In this document: piece by piece, positions 1 to 4,416 of the stretch | Position numbering within the stretch: position 1 is the stretch's first letter | How the letters are laid out: each line of letters begins with the position of its first letter | Virus record (IMG/VR): IMGVR_UViG_2657245112_000032 | Location: 1-4,416 of that record | Direction: 5' to 3' (one strand) | Length of the DNA stretch: 4,416 nt | From: a virus | Taxonomy: Duplodnaviria; Heunggongvirae; Uroviricota; Caudoviricetes | The notes under the pieces: model-generated | What the model was told of the DNA's origin: nothing | Seen by the model: only the letters and a program-made list of their open reading frames with translations | Database searches by the model: none | Position numbers and translations under genes: made by a program

Positions 1-1
1 G

Positions 2-511
2 TTTATTGGTGAAGGTGATGCATACATTCCACCTCATACAGGTCTGCCTGCAAACAGTACCGATATTGCCCCGCCAGATATTCCGGCTGGCTTCGTGGCC
101 GTTTTCAACAGTGATGAGGCATCGTGGAATCTCGTTGAAGACCATCGGGGAAAAACCGTCTATGACGTGGCTTCCGGCGACGCGTTATTTATTTCTGAAC
201 TTGGCCCATTACCGGAAAATGTCACCTGGTTATCCCCGGAAGGGGAGTTTCAGAAGTGGAACGGCACAGCCTGGGTGAAAGATGCAGAAGCAGAAAAACT
301 GTTCCGGATCCGGAAGGCGGAAGAAACAAAAAACAGCCTGATGCAGATGGCCAGTGAGCATATTGCGCCACTTCAGGATGCCGTAGATTTGGATATTGCG
401 ACGGAGGAAGAGGCATCGTTACTGACTGCATGGAAGACATATCGGGTATTGTTGAATCGTGTTGATACAACAGTAGCATCGGATGTTGAGTGGCCAGTCG
501 CCCCGCAATAA
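2..511 (+). CDS. tfa: Tail fibre assembly protein (lambda Tfa / E. coli prophage TfaE-TfaR family), 5'-truncated by the window edge
   Basis: The reading frame is open from position 2 and continues through the listed ORF 95-511 (its first codon at 95 is GTG inside the frame, not the true start). Translation [42 protein letters not shown]...[20 protein letters not shown] matches, from memory, the lambda Tfa family almost along its length. Stop TAA at 509-511. GC about 53%. The true start lies upstream of the window. Confidence 0.85.
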   Translation, partial: FIGEGDAYIPPHTGLPANSTDIAPPDIPAGFVAVFNSDEASWNLVEDHRGKTVYDVASGDALFISELGPLPENVTWLSPEGEFQKWNGTAWVKDAEAEKLFRIRKAEETKNSLMQMASEHIAPLQDAVDLDIATEEEASLLTAWKTYRVLLNRVDTTVASDVEWPVAPQ

Positions 512-518
512 AAGGATA

Positions 519-546
519 AAGCCATCGATAGAAATATTGATGGCTT
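519..546. terminator. Hairpin between convergent genes (tfa on plus, acetyltransferase on minus); likely intrinsic terminator, strongest in the minus direction
   Basis: Inverted repeat AAGCCATCGAT (519-529) / ATTGATGGCTT (536-546), 11 bp stem with one G-U pair and a 6-nt loop AGAAAT. On the minus-strand transcript it is followed by a U-rich tail (UAUCCUUUUAUU). It lies 8 nt downstream of the acetyltransferase stop (555-557) and 8 nt after the tfa stop. Confidence 0.5.
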
Positions 547-554
547 CATGTACT

Positions 555-1127
555 CTATTTATACAATACAACACCGCTCTTTTTTGTTATATATGTGCAG
601 TTCGATGGTATATCTTTATTTATAAAAGACATTGCACCTATTTTTACATTATCCCCAATTTTACGTGATAATCCAATGATGCAACAATTAGCTCCGATAT
701 CAACGTTATTACCAATTTTTACTCTTGAACCAGGCATGTCACCATCTACCTGTCCAATGGTAGTATTCTGTCGCAAAACCAGATTTTCACCAGCATCAAC
801 AGCAAAATGAACAACAATTCCAGTATGATGGGGAATTGTTAAACCTTTTCCAATATTTGCGCCCAATCCAATTTCGCAACCAAATCTGTTAATTATATTA
901 TTGTTTAACTTTCTGGCTGCTTTCTTATGTAATTTATTGCCATTAATATACATTTCATTAGCCAGTCTCCACCAGAAAAGGAAATTCCGATTGCGCTGCT
1001 TCTTCTCTCTTAATAGTCGCCAAACATCCATTTTTTCACGCCTGATGATTTCAGCCATCCAGTAGCTCAATAGAGCTTTTGAATTCCCGAAGATGACAAA
1101 GTGAATAGCTATTAAGTAACATAACAT
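555..1127 (-). CDS. Hexapeptide-repeat (left-handed beta-helix) acetyltransferase, CysE/WcaB/NodL-like
   Basis: Minus-strand ORF of 190 aa. The C-terminal half has consecutive hexapeptide repeats ([LIV]-G-x-x-x-x: IGLGAN, IGKGLT, IGQVDG, IGNNVD, IGANCC, IGDNVK, IGAMSF) typical of LbH acyltransferases. Start is uncertain: ATG at 1125-1127 (190 aa) or in-frame ATG at 1056-1058 (MAEIIRREK..., 167 aa); neither has a strong SD. GC about 32%, far below the flanking genes. Confidence 0.75.
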   Translation of the reverse strand: MLCYLIAIHFVIFGNSKALLSYWMAEIIRREKMDVWRLLREKKQRNRNFLFWWRLANEMYINGNKLHKKAARKLNNNIINRFGCEIGLGANIGKGLTIPHHTGIVVHFAVDAGENLVLRQNTTIGQVDGDMPGSRVKIGNNVDIGANCCIIGLSRKIGDNVKIGAMSFINKDIPSNCTYITKKSGVVLYK

Positions 1128-1595
1128 ATTGCAACTGCCTATATTTTTTGGTTTCTATGTTTATATATTGACATTATAATTAAAACAATAATCATCAGTG
1201 TGTTACTGCGTTCCTGCTAAACTAAATCAACGCACAATGTAAACACAAATGTTAATTTTAAACTGAGCGCTAAAGGGATGTCAATATTGTATTGATAATG
1301 AGTTGCAAGATTGCCAACACTTTCTATATTTTTGGATGTAATAATTTATATTTTATCTATTTAGTGTTTCTTTAGACTTATTAAGGATGTCATTATTAAT
1401 TTATGGCTTGCCATTTCTATACATATCTGTTAAAAATTTTGACTTGTTTGTTGAAAATAGATTTAATTGATTGGTTTATTTTTACATGACGCTCTTTAAT
1501 ATAGCTTCAGGTATATATAAGCACAATGCATTATTTCCAGAGGAAATTAACAAAATTGTTAGCTCTTATTTGTTGAGCTTATAGATATTAATTAA
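1128..1595. promoter_or_regulatory. Very AT-rich non-coding region (about 20-30% GC), probable promoter/regulatory region of the acetyltransferase cargo gene and possible H-NS-type silencing target
   Basis: No ORF of meaningful length on either strand and stop codons are dense; sampled 60-nt blocks give 17-32% GC. Candidate sigma70-like elements exist on both strands: minus strand TTGTTT-17-TATAAA at about 1188-1160, plus strand TTGACT (1439-1444)-17-TTTAAT (1462-1467). Such matches are expected by chance in AT-rich DNA. Confidence 0.4.
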
Positions 1596-1614
1596 GGCCC
1601 GATTCCGGGCCTTT
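1594..1614. terminator. GC-rich hairpin, candidate intrinsic terminator (possibly bidirectional)
   Basis: AAGGCCCG-ATTC-CGGGCCTT: 6 G-C pairs plus 2 A-T pairs, 4-nt loop. Followed by TTT on the plus strand and by a UUAAUUAAUAU tail in the minus direction. It sits immediately after the stop (1617-1619) of the minus-strand small ORF and at the boundary between the AT-rich region and the GC-normal operon region. Confidence 0.5.
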
Positions 1615-1616
1615 CC

Positions 1617-1853
1617 TCATTCCGGCTTTTCGGGAAACGTTACTGGAAGGATGGAGGTATCCGTGGATTCGACTTTCTGCGCATAGAGAATCCACTCGGT
1701 TAATTTTTGTTTACCCTGAACGGAAATAATGCCTAGCCGTAACTGTGAGTCCCAGAGCTGAGTTTTATCCCTGACGAGCTGTAGCAGGCTTTGCTTTTCT
1801 TTTTCCGCTTGTTGTCTTTGCATGACCGGTTGAGAAGTTACTTTGCATACCAT
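1617..1853 (-). CDS. Hypothetical small protein (78 aa), divergent from the operon; coding status uncertain
   Basis: Minus-strand ATG at 1853-1851 (MVCKVTSQPVMQRQQAEKEK...PEKPE), stop TGA at 1619-1617, hairpin directly downstream. AGGAGG (complement of 1856-1861) lies only 2 nt before this ATG, which is suboptimal. Several rare codons (AGA, AGG, CTA, CGG). The listed 165-aa ORF 1617-2114 extends antisense through the holin-like gene with an S/T/P-rich translation, so I truncate it to the first ATG after the SD. Confidence 0.4.
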   Translation of the reverse strand: MVCKVTSQPVMQRQQAEKEKQSLLQLVRDKTQLWDSQLRLGIISVQGKQKLTEWILYAQKVESTDTSILPVTFPEKPE

Positions 1854-1881
1854 TACCTCCTGACAACGTAGGAGGGAACTT

Positions 1882-2211
1882 GTGCTTGACACACAGGAAT
1901 TAGCTCCAGTTGCTATTGCGCTCCTGCTTTCAGTAATTGGTGGGATAGGCACGTTCCTGATGGATGTCCGAGACGGTCGCCAGTCTGGCAATTTGTTAGG
2001 ATTGGTTACGGAGATCTTTGTTGCAGTGACAGCTGGCGCGGTGGCGTACCTATTGGGGCAACACGAGGGCTGGGAGTTATCAATTACGTACTTAATGGTA
2101 ACGATAGCCAGCAATAACGGTCATGAGGTGATTTCAGGGATGAAACGAGTGAATATCGATAGCATTCTGAATGTTCTTACAAGTTTGGTGAAAAAGGGAG
2201 GCGGGAAATGA
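1882..2211 (+). CDS. Small three-transmembrane membrane protein, holin-like (class I holin topology)
   Basis: GTG start at 1882 preceded by AGGAGG (1870-1875) with a 6-nt spacer; an in-frame stop at 1861-1863 excludes a longer N-terminus. 109 aa with three hydrophobic segments (LAPVAIALLLSVIGGIGTFLM, LLGLVTEIFVAVTAGAVAYLLG, WELSITYLMVTIASN) and a charged C-terminal tail ending KKGGGK. Loose resemblance to lambda S-family holins by memory. Stop TGA at 2209-2211 overlaps the next start (ATGA). Confidence 0.7.
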   Translation: MLDTQELAPVAIALLLSVIGGIGTFLMDVRDGRQSGNLLGLVTEIFVAVTAGAVAYLLGQHEGWELSITYLMVTIASNNGHEVISGMKRVNIDSILNVLTSLVKKGGGK

Positions 2212-2651
2212 TTGGCTGGGGTGTATGCGTTCTTGCGTTAGCCTTAGCCGATCGCTATTTGCTAAAACGCAAGGACATCACGCACTTAGAACTTGGTGAT
2301 GTGGAAATTAAACCGGGTTTCATCCGGGTGCCGTTCAAATACCGGTCTAAATTCCCGTTTTTGCGCGGCGCAACGGTCAGATATTGGATCCGCGATGTTC
2401 AGAAGCCGACGACAGTGATTGAAGGCGAACAACGTTGTCTGACGTCGGCTGAACAGGGCGAAAACAGTGAATGGTTGTACATACCCACTGAATATATGGG
2501 TAAAGGAGAGCGACTGTGGCATTTCAACGTCATGGTTACGCATGGCGACTCGTTCATTAACCCGTTGTATCGGATTTTCCCTGTTACTCAGCAAATCCGC
2601 AGAAGTTACGTAATAAATCTCGCACAGGATGTGTCAGATGACGAAAAATAA
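2208..2651 (+). CDS. Hypothetical protein with N-terminal signal peptide or membrane anchor (147 aa); candidate holin partner (antiholin-like) or periplasmic component
   Basis: ATG at 2208 overlaps the upstream stop by 4 nt (ATGA). GGGAGG at 2196-2201 with a 6-nt spacer. N-terminus MIGWGVCVLALALA followed by DRYLLKRKD (hydrophobic h-region, possible AxA cleavage site). No recognisable lysozyme catalytic motif. Stop TAA at 2649-2651. Confidence 0.65.
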   Translation: MIGWGVCVLALALADRYLLKRKDITHLELGDVEIKPGFIRVPFKYRSKFPFLRGATVRYWIRDVQKPTTVIEGEQRCLTSAEQGENSEWLYIPTEYMGKGERLWHFNVMVTHGDSFINPLYRIFPVTQQIRRSYVINLAQDVSDDEK

Positions 2652-3240
2652 GTATGCAACGGTCGATTTTGACCAGGTTAATGAAAAGGGGCTGAAATCC
2701 CTTATCGCGGCGATCAATAAAACCGGGGTTACGGTAATTGAGGTTGACTCCAGCAACCGCGCAACAACGAAAGATGGCGTTAAAGTTAAAACCGCAAAGC
2801 TGGTTCTTAACGACGGACAAATTCTTGCCATACAGGTAAACGATACTGGCGATATATCGTCTGTGAAACTGAATGGAAAAGCTATTCCTAACGCTCAGTC
2901 GCCGGATATCAAGACGCTTGGTACCGTCATGGGACAGGCGGCTCGCAAAAACTCCGCAAAATTCCAGAAATCACTGATCGCCAAAGCGAAGCGTGTTGCC
3001 AATCCGGTAGACAAGAAACCGGCAGTTAAATCCAACTTTCAGCGCCTGCAAGAGGCAAAACAGCGGAATGCTCAGGTGGTTGCCGCTTATAAATCAGCTC
3101 AGAACTCGGTGTCTTTCAATCAACAGCAGATCACTGATTTGCGGGGGAAGCTGGATAAGGAGACAGGCCGACTCAATAACGAAAAGGCCCGAAATGGCGA
3201 ACTCAAACGCCGTCTTAAGCAACTGAAAGCAGGAAATTAA
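2638..3240 (+). CDS. Hypothetical protein (200 aa) with a C-terminal coiled-coil/basic region; paralog of the downstream gene
   Basis: Preferred start is ATG 2638 (AGGA at 2626-2629, 8-nt spacer), overlapping the upstream gene by 14 nt; the listed ORF start at 2629 is in the same frame. The C-terminal about 80 aa are K/R/Q/E-rich with heptad-like spacing (QRLQEAKQRNAQVVAAYKSAQ...LKRRLKQLKAGN). The central domain is homologous to a domain in the next gene. Stop TAA at 3238-3240. Confidence 0.7.
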   Translation: MTKNKYATVDFDQVNEKGLKSLIAAINKTGVTVIEVDSSNRATTKDGVKVKTAKLVLNDGQILAIQVNDTGDISSVKLNGKAIPNAQSPDIKTLGTVMGQAARKNSAKFQKSLIAKAKRVANPVDKKPAVKSNFQRLQEAKQRNAQVVAAYKSAQNSVSFNQQQITDLRGKLDKETGRLNNEKARNGELKRRLKQLKAGN

Positions 3241-3241
3241 C

Positions 3242-4243
3242 ATGGAACAGTTCAATATCAATAAAGGGGTGACGATCAAGCCTGGGCTTGACGTGCTTCC
3301 CCCGCCAGTGACTGATGATGAATATCGCGCATTAATGGCCGGTGAGGACCGCTATCTGATGACGGAATCCAACACCCTGGAGGAAATCGAGGCTACGTTC
3401 TTCTATGACACGCCGATCCACTGGTGTGCTACGGATTTACTGGAGGCGATTAGTTCTACTCGTTTGCAGTTACACCGGACCATGCAGGCATTTGTCCGGG
3501 CATTGAACCAGAAGCTGAATGGTACCGGAATCTCTGCGGGGAGTGATAAAACGGGCGATGTGGCCCAGAGCGGCGCGCGCGCGATCGGCGGCGCTGAAAT
3601 TGGTCGGGCACGTAACGTTAACGGGCTGCCGGTCCTGCCAGCCATTATTCCGCTCAGTGATGGTCAGACTATCAGCATTCTGTTTCATAGCCCGACAGCG
3701 GAAAACCGGATCACCAATAGCGATACGCTGGTTGCTTTCCAGTTCTTACTGAATAAAAAAGACGTTACTCACACCGTTGCTCCGATGAGTGGACGTGATA
3801 TGACGCTGGCGCAGGTCACCATGAAACTTGCCAACCTTGCAGAGAAAAACTCGGCAAAATTCCAGCGTGCGCAGAAGAAGAAAAAAGCCCTTGTTGATGA
3901 AATAACCCAACTACAGGCTGACAGTGACCAGAAAGAGGATGCCATGAGCGACCTCGCGGATCAGGTGGCAGCGGTAGAAGGGCAGAAGGCAGATCTGGAG
4001 CAGAAAATTAACGCTGTTGCATCGGAAGCGGATTCTCTTTATGAAGAGAATGAGCGTTTGCAGACGGAGATTGATCAGCTCAATCGCACTGGTGGGCGCG
4101 ATACCATTGCTCCTGCGGGGATGACTGGTGGGTACTCTCGCGCGCTGACGGATCGCCTTGCCAGTATCAAAAATCGTATGCATATGAACGGGGAAGTGAC
4201 GCTCAGTACTGAGAGATCCCCTCATAATTTCCCCAAAGCGTAA
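3242..4243 (+). CDS. Hypothetical protein (333 aa) with a domain paralogous to the upstream gene, followed by an acidic coiled-coil
   Basis: ATG at 3242 lies 1 nt after the upstream stop; AGGA at 3231-3234 with a 7-nt spacer. Contains a Gly/Ala-rich segment (GTGISAGSDKTGDVAQSGARAIGGAEIGRAR), a domain alignable with the upstream protein (LSDGQTISILF...DMTLAQVTMKLANLAEKNSAKFQ), and a long predicted coiled-coil (ALVDEITQLQADSDQKEDAMSDLADQVAAVEGQKADLEQKINAVASEADSLYEENERLQTEIDQL). Stop TAA at 4241-4243. Confidence 0.75.
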   Translation: MEQFNINKGVTIKPGLDVLPPPVTDDEYRALMAGEDRYLMTESNTLEEIEATFFYDTPIHWCATDLLEAISSTRLQLHRTMQAFVRALNQKLNGTGISAGSDKTGDVAQSGARAIGGAEIGRARNVNGLPVLPAIIPLSDGQTISILFHSPTAENRITNSDTLVAFQFLLNKKDVTHTVAPMSGRDMTLAQVTMKLANLAEKNSAKFQRAQKKKKALVDEITQLQADSDQKEDAMSDLADQVAAVEGQKADLEQKINAVASEADSLYEENERLQTEIDQLNRTGGRDTIAPAGMTGGYSRALTDRLASIKNRMHMNGEVTLSTERSPHNFPKA

Positions 4244-4416
4244 CCATGTGTGAATAAATTTTGAGCTAGTAGGGTTGCAGCCACGAGTAAGTCTTCCCTT
4301 GTTATTGTGTAGCCAGAATGCCGCAAAACTTCCATGCCTAAGCGAACTGTTGAGAGTACGTTTCGATTTCTGACTGTGTTAGCCTGGAAGTGCTTGTCCC
4401 AACCTTGTTTCTGAGC

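Noticed and set aside
6-278. Plus-strand 90-aa ORF
   Set aside because: Out of frame within the clearly homologous Tfa reading frame; the translation has no recognisable features.
222-479. Minus-strand 85-aa ORF
   Set aside because: Antisense shadow ORF inside the tfa gene.
483-810. Plus-strand ORFs 483-668 and 595-810
   Set aside because: They overlap the hexapeptide-repeat acetyltransferase on the opposite strand and lie in low-GC DNA where open frames arise by chance; no RBS or homology support.
1168-1180. TTGACA immediately followed by TTATAAT on the plus strand
   Set aside because: Both hexamers look like consensus promoter elements but are adjacent (about 1-nt spacer), so they cannot form a functional -35/-10 pair.
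1165-1288. 10-bp inverted repeat ATATTGACAT / ATGTCAATAT in the AT-rich region
   Set aside because: In about 470 bp of 20-30% GC DNA a 10-bp match is expected by chance; there is no flanking structure suggesting a mobile-element end or operator.
1854-2114. Upstream extension of the minus-strand ORF (165-aa version, 1617-2114)
   Set aside because: The extension is antisense to the well-supported holin-like gene and translates to an S/T/P-rich low-complexity sequence; truncated to the first ATG after the SD.
2208-2651. Gene 2 as a SAR endolysin
   Set aside because: It has an N-terminal hydrophobic segment like SAR endolysins, but I cannot find the lysozyme catalytic signature, so the endolysin call is not supported by sequence alone.
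3568-3592. GC-rich alternating tract GCGGCGCGCGCGCGATCGGCGGCGC
   Set aside because: It lies inside gene 4 and simply encodes the Gly/Ala-rich segment SGARAIGGAE; no evidence of a separate DNA-level function.
2286-4225. Internal shadow ORFs on the minus strand (2286-2594, 2584-2820, 2634-2831, 3094-3279, 3403-3645, 3470-3688, 3911-4225) and plus-strand 3519-3752
   Set aside because: All are nested within or antisense to the four coupled plus-strand genes, which have SDs and coherent protein features; none has independent support.
4244-4416. Possible IS element end or ncRNA downstream of gene 4
   Set aside because: I do not recognise terminal inverted repeats of any IS family and see no convincing conserved RNA structure; better explained as the 3' end of a convergent gene or plain intergenic DNA.
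1-4416. CRISPR arrays, tRNA or rRNA genes
   Set aside because: No regularly spaced direct repeats, no cloverleaf-compatible segments with conserved tRNA motifs, and no rRNA-like sequence were found on reading through the window.

Overview
This window covers the 3' end of a lambdoid-type prophage tail-fibre module followed by cargo. It contains: (1) a 5'-truncated tail fibre assembly gene (Tfa-like, ends at 511, about 53% GC); (2) a low-GC (about 32%) hexapeptide-repeat acetyltransferase gene on the minus strand (555-1127), bracketed by hairpin terminators, followed by about 470 bp of very AT-rich non-coding DNA (1128-1595); (3) a possible small minus-strand gene (1617-1853); (4) a tightly packed four-gene plus-strand operon (1882-4243, about 50% GC) encoding a holin-like 3-TM protein, a protein with an N-terminal signal/anchor segment, and two paralogous coiled-coil proteins sharing an identical KNSAKFQ patch. 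I see no tRNA, rRNA, CRISPR array or recognisable IS end. The four-gene operon is the best candidate for an uncharacterised system, but its function (lysis-timing/antirestriction-like module, superinfection exclusion or abortive-infection defence) cannot be decided from sequence alone. All GC values are hand estimates from 60-nt samples, and all homology statements are from memory, not from a search.
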